Shown here piece after piece: positions 26,595 to 36,385 of a stretch of 47,329 bases of DNA. The notes under the pieces were generated by a model. The model was not told the DNA's origin, searched no databases, and saw only the letters and a list, made by a program, of their open reading frames with translations. A program made the translations under genes and the position numbers. The stretch's first letter is position 1. Each line of letters starts with the position of its first letter. This DNA is from Abditibacteriota bacterium (GTDB lineage Bacteria > Armatimonadota > UBA5829): NCBI GenBank assembly GCA_017959625.1, contig JAGDAG010000276.1, positions 1 to 47,329 of the forward strand, read 5' to 3'.

Positions 26595-29500
26595 ATGAGC
26601 CTGGAATATCTCACCCAATCTCCCGCGCTTCTTGCGGAAACGGCGTTTGAAAGAAGAAAAAAAGGAAAAACCACCGAATTTACGGGGCTTACAAAGGGCG
26701 CCAAAGCCCTTGAAGCCGCCGCTCTGTGCCTGAACACCGGGGGACACGTGCTTCTTGCCGCCGCAAGCGAGGAAGAGGCGGAGACGCTTTACAGTGAGCT
26801 GCCGTATTACGGAGTCGATACGGAAAGCCTGTTTTATTACCCCATGTCCCTCAACCACAATTACGGAGACACCGGGCCCGATATAACAGCCATCGGCGAA
26901 CGGCTGGCGGCGCTGTACGCTCTTTCGGCAAACGAAAAAAGAGTGGTGGTGGTGGCGCCGGCCGCCGCCCTGCTGCAGAGGACCATGCCCCGGGACGCCC
27001 TTCTGGACAGCGCCGCGTCTCTTGCCGTGGGCGAGGAACGGGATATAGAAAAGGTCACCGGCGATCTTGTCGCCGCAGGCTACGCGCGCAGCGAGATATG
27101 CGATCATCACGGAGTGTTCTGCAAAAGAGGGGACCTTTTGGACGTTTTTCCTTCCGGCAGCGAATATCCGGCAAGGATATATTTTGATTGGGACAGGATA
27201 AAATTCATCAGATACTTTGATCCGGAGACCCAGAGGTCGGTAAAGGAGATCGGCGGCATCACACTTCTTCCCGTGAGGGAGATACTTGCTTCCCACGTGA
27301 CGCGGGAGGCAGTGGAAAATATCCGCGAAGATGCGGAAAGAAAAGCCCGCAGTCTGGGAAATACGGGAGTTAAGATACTCAACACCGTGAGCGCCGATCT
27401 TGAGAGGCTGGAAGCCGGAGAATACTTTGACCGGCTGGAATATTATATCCCGTATATCTATCCCCGGACCCTGCTTATGGATTATCTTTCCGGGTACTGG
27501 CTGGGGATCGTCAGCGAGCCCTCTTCCGTGGATACGGCCATAGACGGCAGGCTGGCAAAGATCCAGGGCAAGCTTCAGGCGGCGGAACAGAACGGCCTTT
27601 TTGTTTCCGACAGGCTTTTTTATCTTGCAGACAGCGATACAGTGCTCCGGCGTCTTGCGGCAAATACCGATTTCCGTCTGACCGAAACGGAAAAGCCCTG
27701 CAGATGGATGAAGCCCGCAGACTATACAGTCAGGCCGGGAGCGGAGGAAAACGAGGCGTATACCGGCAGGATGGGGGCTCTGATGCGGGATATAAGCCTG
27801 CGCAGCGCCAAAGGGTGCAAAGTGGTCCTGGCTACCACCCGGGAAAGCCGCATGAGAAAGGTGCTCATGGACTATGAACTGCGGGAAAACGAAAACCTCA
27901 GGGTCCGGAGAGCCATTCTGGACAGGGGCTTCCGGATAAAAAACGCCGTTTGGGTCATAACCGACAATGATATGTTCGGCACAAAGCGGGTGCAGAAGGT
28001 CCGCAGGCTGGCCAGAGATTCCCGGGCGATAGCGTCCCATAACGACCTTCATGAAGGCGATATAGTGGTCCATACGGAAAAAGGGATCTGCCGGTATGCG
28101 GGAGTATCCTACAGGACGGCTTTGGGGATGACGGTGGAGACCATCGAGCTGGAATTTGCGGGAGGGGCCAGACTGTTCGTGCCCACGGACAGAGTGGGGC
28201 TTATCCGCAGGTTCACAGGCAGCGACGGAGTCCCCGTTTTGTCGAAGCTCGGCGGCGGCGATTGGGAGAAGAAAAAAAGGAAAGCCAGAAAAAAGGCCGC
28301 GGAAGTCGCGGGGGATCTGGTGGAGCTTTACGCCTACAGGGAGACCCTTCCCGGATACGCCTATGGCAGGGACGACAGGCAGATGGCAGAACTGGAGGAA
28401 TCCTTCCCTTACAGAGAGACCGCTTCCCAGTATCAGGCTATCCTGGACGTAAAGGCCGACCTGGAAAGCAGAAAGCCCATGGACAGGCTCATCTGCGGCG
28501 ACGTGGGCTTCGGAAAGACCGAGGTCGCCATAAGGGCCGCCTTCAAGGTGGTATCCGGCGGCAGGCAGGCAGTGCTTCTGGCGCCTACCACCGTGCTTGC
28601 AAAGCAGCATTTCGCTTCTTTTTCCGAAAGACTGGCGCTGTTCCCGGTAAAGGTCGCTCTCCTGTCCCGCTTCCAGACGCGGCAGGAGATAAAGGAGGCT
28701 TTGGCCGGCATAAAGGACGGAAGCATAAATATCGCCATAGGTACCCACAGGCTTCTGTCGAAGGACGTGGAATTCAAGGATCTGGGGCTGCTGATAATAG
28801 ACGAAGAGCAGAGGTTCGGGGTCCGGCACAAGGAAAAACTGAGGCAGCTGAGGAGGAACATAGACACTCTGGCTCTTTCCGCTACTCCCATCCCCCGCAC
28901 TCTGCACATGGCTATGTCGGGCATAAGGGGGCTTTCAAACATAGTTGACGCTCCGGAGGGCAGGATGCCCATTAAAACCGTTGTCCGGGAATATGACGAA
29001 GAAATGGCGGCAGACGCCATACGCAGAGAGCTTGAGCGGAACGGCCAGGTGTTTTTTATCCACAACCGGGTAGAGGATATCGAAGAGGTGGCGGAACGGC
29101 TGGAGGAACTGGTGCCGGAGTGCGCTCTGGATATCGCTCACGGGCAAATGAACGAAAAGGATCTGGAAGAAGTGATGGTGGATTTTTATGAAGGGCGTCT
29201 GGACGTTCTTGTAGCCACCACCATTATCGAAAACGGGCTGGACGTTCCCAATGCAAATACCATCATAGTGGACTGCTCCGAAAGGCTCGGGCTGGCGCAG
29301 CTCTACCAGCTGCGGGGAAGGGTAGGAAGATCCAACCGGCAGGCCTATGCTTATCTGTTTTTCCGGAAGGATGCCGGGATACCGGAAGCCGCAATAAAAA
29401 GGCTTGGATCTCTGCGGGAGTTCACGGAGCTGGGTTCCGGTTTCCGGATAGCCCAAAGAGACCTGGAGATCCGCGGCGCCGGCAGCGTGCTGGGAGAAAG

Positions 29501-30044
29501 CCAGCACGGCTGTATCGAGGAAGTGGGCTTTGACCTTTACTGCCAGATGGTTTCCGAAGAGATAGACAGGCTGAGAGGCAAAAATAACGATGCTCCCGAG
29601 CTTCCGCCTGCGGGCCTTTCGGTAAACGCCTATATCCCGAAAAGCTATATAGAGGCCGACGGCCCCAGGCTGCTTATCTACAACAGGCTTGCCTCCTGTA
29701 CCTCGGAAGAGGTCTGCAGGGACATCCGCTCGGAGCTGGAGGACAGATTCGGCTCCCTTCCCCCGGAAACGGACAATCTGCTGAGGATCCTTATGCTGCG
29801 TATAAAAGCCCGGGAAAACGGAGTGGAAAAGATCAGCTCCGCAAACGGAGAGTACCAGGTGTTCCTGAAGGGCCTGAGGCTTTCTCCCGGAGTGAGGGAG
29901 GAATACGCAAAAAAATACCCGCGGATAAAATTCGGCGCAGACAGGATATCCTTTTCGGCCGGGCAGTTCGAGTGCATAGAAAAGGCAGAAGAGATAGTGG
30001 CTCTCGTTCCTGAGCTCGCAAAACGGGAGGCAGGAGGGGCGTAA
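26595..30044 (+). CDS. mfd: Transcription-repair coupling factor
   Basis: About 1149 aa. Has the CarD-like segment (GDIVVHTEKGICRYAGV), the helicase motifs GDVGFGKTEVA and DEEQRFGV, and the TRG region. I prefer the ATG at 26595 because the TTG at 26583 abuts the fba terminator. Confidence 0.93.
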   Translation: MSLEYLTQSPALLAETAFERRKKGKTTEFTGLTKGAKALEAAALCLNTGGHVLLAAASEEEAETLYSELPYYGVDTESLFYYPMSLNHNYGDTGPDITAIGERLAALYALSANEKRVVVVAPAAALLQRTMPRDALLDSAASLAVGEERDIEKVTGDLVAAGYARSEICDHHGVFCKRGDLLDVFPSGSEYPARIYFDWDRIKFIRYFDPETQRSVKEIGGITLLPVREILASHVTREAVENIREDAERKARSLGNTGVKILNTVSADLERLEAGEYFDRLEYYIPYIYPRTLLMDYLSGYWLGIVSEPSSVDTAIDGRLAKIQGKLQAAEQNGLFVSDRLFYLADSDTVLRRLAANTDFRLTETEKPCRWMKPADYTVRPGAEENEAYTGRMGALMRDISLRSAKGCKVVLATTRESRMRKVLMDYELRENENLRVRRAILDRGFRIKNAVWVITDNDMFGTKRVQKVRRLARDSRAIASHNDLHEGDIVVHTEKGICRYAGVSYRTALGMTVETIELEFAGGARLFVPTDRVGLIRRFTGSDGVPVLSKLGGGDWEKKKRKARKKAAEVAGDLVELYAYRETLPGYAYGRDDRQMAELEESFPYRETASQYQAILDVKADLESRKPMDRLICGDVGFGKTEVAIRAAFKVVSGGRQAVLLAPTTVLAKQHFASFSERLALFPVKVALLSRFQTRQEIKEALAGIKDGSINIAIGTHRLLSKDVEFKDLGLLIIDEEQRFGVRHKEKLRQLRRNIDTLALSATPIPRTLHMAMSGIRGLSNIVDAPEGRMPIKTVVREYDEEMAADAIRRELERNGQVFFIHNRVEDIEEVAERLEELVPECALDIAHGQMNEKDLEEVMVDFYEGRLDVLVATTIIENGLDVPNANTIIVDCSERLGLAQLYQLRGRVGRSNRQAYAYLFFRKDAGIPEAAIKRLGSLREFTELGSGFRIAQRDLEIRGAGSVLGESQHGCIEEVGFDLYCQMVSEEIDRLRGKNNDAPELPPAGLSVNAYIPKSYIEADGPRLLIYNRLASCTSEEVCRDIRSELEDRFGSLPPETDNLLRILMLRIKARENGVEKISSANGEYQVFLKGLRLSPGVREEYAKKYPRIKFGADRISFSAGQFECIEKAEEIVALVPELAKREAGGA

Positions 30045-30158
30045 GGAACCGCCGCCGCGCAGGCTCCGTATAGTTAATTGGACATACCGAAAGAAATCTG
30101 TTATCATATAAATGAGGTGTGTATCTCATTTTCAGCGTTTTTACCGTAGGATCGAAGT

Positions 30159-33100
30159 ATGAGTTTTTTAAGTAATTTATTTGACCAGAACGAACGAATC
30201 GTCAACAAATGCCGCAAAGTCGTTGAGGTGATCAACGGCTATGAGCCGGAATACGAAAAGCTTCCGGACGAGGCTCTGAAGGAAAAGACCGCAGAGTTCC
30301 GGCGCCGGCTTGAGGAGGGGCAGACCCTGGATGATCTGCTTCCCGAGGCTTTTGCTCCTGTACGGGAGCCTTCAAAAAGGACTCTGGGACAGAGGCATTA
30401 TGACGTTCAGCTTATAGGCGGTATCATACTTCATCAGGGGCGTATAGCGGAAATGAAAACGGGTGAAGGAAAGACCCTTGTCGCCACGCTGCCTCTGTAT
30501 CTGAACGCTCTTTCCGGCAAAGGCGCCCATCTGGTGACCGTAAACGACTATCTTTCCAAAAGAGACGCCCGCTGGAACGGTCCGGTGTTCCATCTGCTGG
30601 GGCTTTCCGTAGGCTCGATCCACGGCCAGAGCGCCGAGACGGGAGACATAGGCAGATCCTATATGTACGACCCGGATTACACCGTGGAGTATGAGACTCC
30701 CACCGAGTGGAACGGGCTCCGCCCCGTGAGCAGGAAAGAAGCCTACGACTGCGATATCACCTACGGCACGAACCACGAATTCGGCTTTGACTACCTGAGG
30801 GACAATATGTGCTTCAGAAAAGAAGACCTCACCCAGAGGGAACTGAACTTTGCCATCGTGGACGAAGTGGACTCTATCCTTATAGACGAAGCCAGGACTC
30901 CTCTTATCATTTCCGGCAGAGGGACCCGGAGCTCGGAGATGTATGTGAAGGCGGACAGATGGGTGAGCCAGCTGGTAAAGGAAAAGCACTATACCATTGA
31001 CGAAAAAGCCAGGACAGCCATGCTTACCGAAGAGGGCACCGCAAAGGTAGAAGAGCTCACCGGCTGCGGGAACCTGGCCGCTTCGGAAAACTTCGATCTG
31101 AATTTCTATATCCAGGCGGCCCTCAAGGCCCATGCGGTGTTTATCCGTGACAAAGACTACGTGGTGAAGGACGGCCAGATAATAATCGTTGACGAATTCA
31201 CCGGCAGGCTTATGTACGGGCGCCGCTGGAGCGAGGGGCTCCATCAGGCCGTGGAAGCCAAGGAGCACTGCAAGATAGCCGAGGAAAGCCAGACTCTTGC
31301 CACCATCACCTACCAGAACTTTTTCCGCCTTTACACCAAGCTTTCCGGTATGACCGGTACCGCCATGACCGAAGAAGAGGAATTTAAAAAGATCTACGGT
31401 CTGGACGTTATCGAGATACCTACCAACAAGCCTTCCATGCGTAAAGACGAGCCCGACGTGGTTTATAAGACCGAGGATCACAAATTCAGAGGCATAACCA
31501 TGGAGATACTTGCCGGCAACTGCCGGCAGCAGCCTATGCTGGTGGGGACCAGAAGCATAGGCGTTTCCGAAAGAGTGGCGGAAAGGCTGCTTTCGGAAAG
31601 GCTCCAGACCCTCTGCGTCACGGAGCTCATACGCAGCGTCATCACAGACAACAAGGCTGTTTCAAAAGAGCTGTCCGCCGCCTGCTATGAGGCCATCAAC
31701 CGGCCCTTTGAAGATCTGGACGTCCACAAATTCGGCCGTTATCTGAAGGAGCTGGGGCTGGAAACGAACATCATGGCCGACAGCAACCTTGACAGGCTCC
31801 TGCCGGTGCTGGGGCTGGAGGAAAGCTATAAGCCGGCGCTCAGGAGCATACTCAAGAACGGTATCAGATACAACATACTCAACGCCAAATACCACGAAAA
31901 AGAAGCCGAGATCATTTCCCAGGCCGGCCGCCGGGGCGCAGTGACTATCGCCACCAATATGGCAGGCCGCGGCGTGGATATCACCCTGGGAGGCATAGAC
32001 AACGACAGCTACGATCCGGAAAACGAGCCGGAGATATTTGTCCCTGTTGACGAAGCTTCCTGCGGCTGGGATTTTGCTACGTGGAAGAAAAACAATCCGG
32101 GCAAGTGGGAAACCATGAGCGATAACCAGAAGGACGTTTTTCTGCGGGGCGGGCTGAAGATAATCGGTACCGAAAGGCACGAATCCCGGCGTATAGACAA
32201 CCAGCTCCGGGGCCGTTCCGGACGGCAGGGCGATCCCGGCTGCTCCAAGTTTTTCGTGTCCTTTGAGGACGAGCTTATCAGGCTTTTCGGCGATAAGGCC
32301 AATCATCCCCTGCTTCAAAGCTGGGATCCCGGGATACCTATCAACGTAAAGCTGCTTTCCTCCGTTATAGAAAAGGCTCAGAAAAAGGTGGAGTATCATC
32401 ACTTCGATCAGAGAAAGACAGTGCTGCAGTTCGACGACGTTATGAACGAACAGCGTCATTCGGTCTACAGCGAACGGCGGAAGATCATCGAGGGCGTGGA
32501 TCTGAAGGAAACGGTCACCGGCCATCTTGCAGACGTTATGCGTGATTCCGTCACCATCTACTGCCCCGAGGGAGTGGCTAAAAGCGAATGGGACTATAAG
32601 GGCCTTTACCGCCATATATATGAGATACTTCCTCTACCCAGGTATATCCAGGAAGCGGAGCTTTCCCAGCTGACTGACAGGCAGGAGCTGACGGACAGGC
32701 TTCAGGAGATCGCGGCCCAGAGCTACGAAGACAAGGAAAAGGAGCTGGGCAGCGAGCTTATGAGGGAGATGGAACGCTACGTAGCCATGCGTTCCATAAA
32801 CGACGCCTGGGTGGACCATCTTTCCGCTATGGACTTCCTTCGCGACGGCATAGGCCTCAGGGGCTACGCGCAGAAGGATCCCGTGAACGAATACAAGCGG
32901 GAAGCGTATTATCTGTATGAAGATATGATGCACATGATCCAGGACACCATCGTCAAGACCATGTTCAAGCTTCAGTTCGTGCGGGAAGAAGAAAACCGCA
33001 AGCCGGCCTTCCGCAAATATGAAAACGTGCAGGAGAACACTCAGGAAGGCGGCGGAGAGGCGCCGAAGAATGCTCCCCAGGCCAGAAAAATACCCAAGGT

Positions 33101-33185
33101 AGGGCGCAACGAACCCTGTCCCTGCGGCAGCGGAAAGAAATTCAAGAAATGCTGCCTGCCAAAATACGAAAGAGGAGAAATGTAA
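30159..33185 (+). CDS. secA: Preprotein translocase ATPase SecA
   Basis: [68 protein letters not shown], and a C-terminal Zn motif [13 protein letters not shown]. Confidence 0.96.
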   Translation: MSFLSNLFDQNERIVNKCRKVVEVINGYEPEYEKLPDEALKEKTAEFRRRLEEGQTLDDLLPEAFAPVREPSKRTLGQRHYDVQLIGGIILHQGRIAEMKTGEGKTLVATLPLYLNALSGKGAHLVTVNDYLSKRDARWNGPVFHLLGLSVGSIHGQSAETGDIGRSYMYDPDYTVEYETPTEWNGLRPVSRKEAYDCDITYGTNHEFGFDYLRDNMCFRKEDLTQRELNFAIVDEVDSILIDEARTPLIISGRGTRSSEMYVKADRWVSQLVKEKHYTIDEKARTAMLTEEGTAKVEELTGCGNLAASENFDLNFYIQAALKAHAVFIRDKDYVVKDGQIIIVDEFTGRLMYGRRWSEGLHQAVEAKEHCKIAEESQTLATITYQNFFRLYTKLSGMTGTAMTEEEEFKKIYGLDVIEIPTNKPSMRKDEPDVVYKTEDHKFRGITMEILAGNCRQQPMLVGTRSIGVSERVAERLLSERLQTLCVTELIRSVITDNKAVSKELSAACYEAINRPFEDLDVHKFGRYLKELGLETNIMADSNLDRLLPVLGLEESYKPALRSILKNGIRYNILNAKYHEKEAEIISQAGRRGAVTIATNMAGRGVDITLGGIDNDSYDPENEPEIFVPVDEASCGWDFATWKKNNPGKWETMSDNQKDVFLRGGLKIIGTERHESRRIDNQLRGRSGRQGDPGCSKFFVSFEDELIRLFGDKANHPLLQSWDPGIPINVKLLSSVIEKAQKKVEYHHFDQRKTVLQFDDVMNEQRHSVYSERRKIIEGVDLKETVTGHLADVMRDSVTIYCPEGVAKSEWDYKGLYRHIYEILPLPRYIQEAELSQLTDRQELTDRLQEIAAQSYEDKEKELGSELMREMERYVAMRSINDAWVDHLSAMDFLRDGIGLRGYAQKDPVNEYKREAYYLYEDMMHMIQDTIVKTMFKLQFVREEENRKPAFRKYENVQENTQEGGGEAPKNAPQARKIPKVGRNEPCPCGSGKKFKKCCLPKYERGEM

Positions 33186-34277
33186 TGCTGAAGGCCATCT
33201 ATGACGAAGCTTCCGCAATGCTTGACGCTCTTAACGGAATAGGAGACCATCTTTGACCGTGCCAGGCTGGAGAGTGAAATAGCGGAGCTGGAAAAAAAGG
33301 CTGCCGAGCCTTCCTTCTGGAACGACGCCGCCGCTGCCGGAGAAGTGCTGCGCAGGACCTCTTCCCTGAAGGAGATGATCGGGCCCATCGCGGAACTGGA
33401 AAAAACCCTGACAGACCTGCGGGATCTGGCGGAAATGGTGGATGACGAGTTCGGTCCCGAGGCGGAGGAGCTGAAACGCGAAGCGGCGGAGGCTGCTGCC
33501 CGGCTGAAGAAGATAGAGCTCTTTACCTATCTTTCCGGAGAATACGACTCCTGCGATTGTTATATGGAGATCAACGCCGGCGCCGGAGGCACCGAAGCCT
33601 GCGACTGGGCGGAGATGCTTCTCAGGATGTATTCCCGCTGGGCGGAAAGGAAGGGCTTTAAGGTGGAGCTCGTGAATATGGTAGAGGGCGACCAGACAGG
33701 CGCAAGAAACGTTACGGTGCTGATTTCCGGCAAATACGCTTACGGCTATCTGCGCCGGGAAAGCGGAGTGCACAGGCTTGTGCGCATATCGCCCTATGAC
33801 GCCAACAAAAGAAGGCACACCACCTTTGCCGCCGTGGACGTTTCTCCCCTGATAGAGGACGACGGAAGCCTGGTGATTGACCCCGACGACCTGCGTATAG
33901 ATACCTTCCGTTCCAGCGGAGCCGGCGGACAGAACGTGAACAAGGTGGAGACCGCGGTGCGTATAGTGCATATACCTACCGGCATCACCGTTTCCTGTCA
34001 GACCGAAAGAAGCCAGCTGAAAAACAGGGAGCAGGCAATGAAGATGCTTACCTCCAAGCTGAAGGAAATGGAAAGAAAGGAAAAAGAAAACCTGCTTTCC
34101 GGGCTGAAGGGCGAGGTGAAAAGCAACGAATGGGGCAGCCAGATACGAAGCTACGTGTTCCAGCCCTATACCATGGTAAAGGATCACCGCACCAATACGG
34201 AGACCGGCGACGTCATCAAGATAATGAACGGCGAGATAGATTGCTTTATAGAAAGCGATCTGCGGCTTCTTAAATAA
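33185..34277 (+). CDS. prfB: Peptide chain release factor 2 (needs programmed +1 frameshift at 33251-33257)
   Basis: The first reading frame, 33185-33253, encodes [23 protein letters not shown] and then hits TGA. The +1 frame from 33255 continues [24 protein letters not shown]...[17 protein letters not shown] (GGQ). Total is about 363 aa. The ATG overlaps the secA TAA. Confidence 0.93.
33240..33257 (+). promoter_or_regulatory. prfB +1 frameshift site
   Basis: AGGAG (33240-33244) followed by CTT TGA C (33251-33257), the canonical RF2 autoregulatory shift motif. Confidence 0.9.
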
Positions 34278-34891
34278 TGAAACGGTTGTTTTTTGCGTTT
34301 TTGCTGCTGCTTCCGGCAGCGGCCGGCTTCGGCGCGCCCCTTACCACTCTGGGCGCCCAGAACGGGGATACCTCCGGAGGCAATTATACTGCCGACGCTC
34401 TGCGTTATGCCGCCAGGACCCAGCTTGCCTTTGTTATAAGCAGCGACCTGAGGGATTTCACGTCGGCGGACGAGCCCTCGGGCGAGGAGCTTGTCAGCCT
34501 GATAGCCATAAAAAGCGACAAGGTATATTCCATGATCCTTACGGGAGAACAGATCGGAAAGGCGCTTAAGAAGGCCTTCTTTCTGTATCCGCGGGCAAAC
34601 CCGGCGTTCCTGCATTTGAGCGGGATGAGGGTGGTTTTGAAGGACCACGGGGTAAAAACCGTCGAGGTGGCTTCCGGAGACGGTTGGGAGCCTCTTGCCG
34701 GCAGGGTCTTGTATTCCGTGGCCATGAGCCAAAGCCTTGCCGAAGGCGTCCTGGGCTACTGGAAGCTGTGGAGCATAGAGGACGCGGAAGAAGAGAGCAT
34801 GACCATGGGGGATATCATCCCTTTGTATTTTGCCGAGCAGGATCAGAAGGATCCTTTTGAAAAGCGTATCACCACGGAGGAGGACCAATGA
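34277..34891 (+). CDS. Secreted protein, weakly 5'-nucleotidase C-terminal-domain-like
   Basis: Signal peptide [17 protein letters not shown]. The pattern ADALRY...LAFV...ILTGEQIGKALKK...YSVAMSQSLAEGVLGY resembles the 5_nucleotid_C fold. The start overlaps the prfB stop. Confidence 0.5.
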   Translation: MKRLFFAFLLLLPAAAGFGAPLTTLGAQNGDTSGGNYTADALRYAARTQLAFVISSDLRDFTSADEPSGEELVSLIAIKSDKVYSMILTGEQIGKALKKAFFLYPRANPAFLHLSGMRVVLKDHGVKTVEVASGDGWEPLAGRVLYSVAMSQSLAEGVLGYWKLWSIEDAEEESMTMGDIIPLYFAEQDQKDPFEKRITTEEDQ

Positions 34892-35805
34892 GGAAGGCTG
34901 TTTTCCTGCTGGCCCTGTTGTGGGCTTTTCTTCTGTGCTCCTGCAACAACGGCGTGGCCTTTGACGGAGATGCTGCATACAGGCTTCTTGAAAGCCAGAC
35001 CCGCATAGGCGACAGAAGCCCGGGGACCCCCGGCGCGCGGAAATGCGTTGCCCTTATAAAAGGGGAAATGTCCAAATACTGCTCCAGGGTGTATGAAGAC
35101 AGATTCACCGTTTCGGCAGAAGGGAAAAAACTGAGGCTTACAAACATAGTGGCCCTGCAGAACCCCGCCGCGGACAAATGGGTGCTGGTGTGCTCTCACT
35201 GGGACAACAGGCCTTTTTGCGACCGTGAAGAGGATAAGGCCCTTGCGGGAAAGTATTGCCCCGGCGCCAATGACGGGGCATCCTCCTGCGCCGTGCTTAT
35301 GGAGACCGCCCGTCAGCTTTCCCTTCGGAAGCCGAAAGTGGGAGTGATATACGTGTTTTTTGACGGAGAAGACTACGGACACACCGAAAAGGGCATGTAT
35401 CTGGGCTCCACTTGGTTTGCAAAGCAGGCGAAAAAGCATTTTGTCTGGAAGGGAACGGAAAAGGAAGTAAAATACGGGATCCTGCTGGATATGATAGGCG
35501 ACAGCAGCCTGAACATCTGCAAGGAAGCCCTTTCCGGGATATACGCCGGCAAAGAGATGGCAAAAGTGTGGAAAAACGCCGCCGATCTGGGTTACGGCGA
35601 CGTTTTTATCGACAGGGAAAAATACGCCGTCCACGACGATCATATACCTCTCAACGAGATCGCCGGTATCCCCACGATGGATATCATAGATTTCGATTAT
35701 CCCTACTGGCATACCACCCGGGACACTGCGGACAAATGCAGCCCGGAGAGCCTGAAAAAGGTGGGCGACGTGGTTTTGAAGACCCTGCTGGAGGAGAAGC
35801 CTTAG
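34888..35805 (+). CDS. M28-family peptidase / glutaminyl-cyclase-like lipoprotein
   Basis: N-terminal LLALLWAFLLCSC, then LVCSHWDNRP, GANDGASSCAVLMETAR, FFDGEDYG, HTTRD. ATGA overlap with the upstream gene. Confidence 0.7.
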   Translation: MRKAVFLLALLWAFLLCSCNNGVAFDGDAAYRLLESQTRIGDRSPGTPGARKCVALIKGEMSKYCSRVYEDRFTVSAEGKKLRLTNIVALQNPAADKWVLVCSHWDNRPFCDREEDKALAGKYCPGANDGASSCAVLMETARQLSLRKPKVGVIYVFFDGEDYGHTEKGMYLGSTWFAKQAKKHFVWKGTEKEVKYGILLDMIGDSSLNICKEALSGIYAGKEMAKVWKNAADLGYGDVFIDREKYAVHDDHIPLNEIAGIPTMDIIDFDYPYWHTTRDTADKCSPESLKKVGDVVLKTLLEEKP

Positions 35806-35809
35806 CATA

Positions 35810-35838
35810 TTGACAAAACCGCAGATTTGCAGTATAAT
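35810..35838 (+). promoter_or_regulatory. Perfect-consensus sigma-70 promoter for tRNA-Arg (and probably tmRNA)
   Basis: TTGACA (35810-35815), 17 nt, TATAAT (35833-35838), 18 nt upstream of the tRNA 5' end. Confidence 0.8.
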
Positions 35839-35856
35839 AATATTTGTCATAGAGAT

Positions 35857-35930
35857 GTGCTCGTAGCTCAGTGGATTAGAGCGACAGGTTGCGGTCCTGT
35901 AGGTCGGGGGTTCGACTCCCTTCGGGCACG
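35857..35930 (+). tRNA. tRNA-Arg, anticodon GCG
   Basis: Hand-folded cloverleaf. Acceptor GTGCTCG/CGGGCAC (one G-U), D arm GCTC-AGTGGATTA-GAGC, anticodon arm ACAGG-TTGCGGT-CCTGT, variable AGGTC, T arm GGGGG-TTCGACT-CCCTT, discriminator G. 74 nt; no encoded CCA. Confidence 0.85.
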
Positions 35931-35942
35931 CTTTTTTATTCC

Positions 35943-36297
35943 GGGGGCGTATGGTTTCGACAGGAAAGTTATTCTTCGATCTGCGTGCCGAGGACCCGCT
36001 GGCCTCGTAAAAAGCGGGACTTAAAAATTAAACGGCAAAGATAATTCTTTCGCTCTCGCTGCGTAGTCGGCGAGCCTCTTAACTCACTGCTTCTGACTCG
36101 GTGAGGGCAGGGGTCAACCCAAGTCAGATCATTCCGGCGGAACGCCCGTGACCGTTTGGAAGACATCTTATCGGGTCTGGCAGTTCTTTACCTGTGTCTG
36201 CAAGGTTGGGGCTGCCGGGATCAAATGCAGAATACGCATGTAGAAGATCGCTGCAATGCTTTTTTGGACAGGGGTTCGATACCCCTCGCCTCCACCA
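35943..36297 (+). ncRNA. ssrA: tmRNA (SsrA)
   Basis: 5' end GGGGGCGTATGGTTTCGACAGG and 3' end GGACAGGGGTTCGATACCCCTCGCCTCCACCA, with the G3:U wobble. Tag ORF GGC AAA GAT AAT TCT TTC GCT CTC GCT GCG TAG (36034-36066) gives (A)GKDNSFALAA*. The resume codon is uncertain. Confidence 0.93.
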
Positions 36298-36313
36298 ACC
36301 CCTTTGATCGAAG

Positions 36314-36345
36314 GCGGCCGCGCTGCGGCCGCTTTTGCTTTTTAT
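36314..36345 (+). terminator. Intrinsic terminator after ssrA
   Basis: GCGGCCGC, loop GCT, GCGGCCGC, then TTTTGCTTTTT. Confidence 0.8.
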
Positions 36346-36385
36346 AATGCGGAGGATACCGTTTTGCATAAGGAGGAGCGGAACA

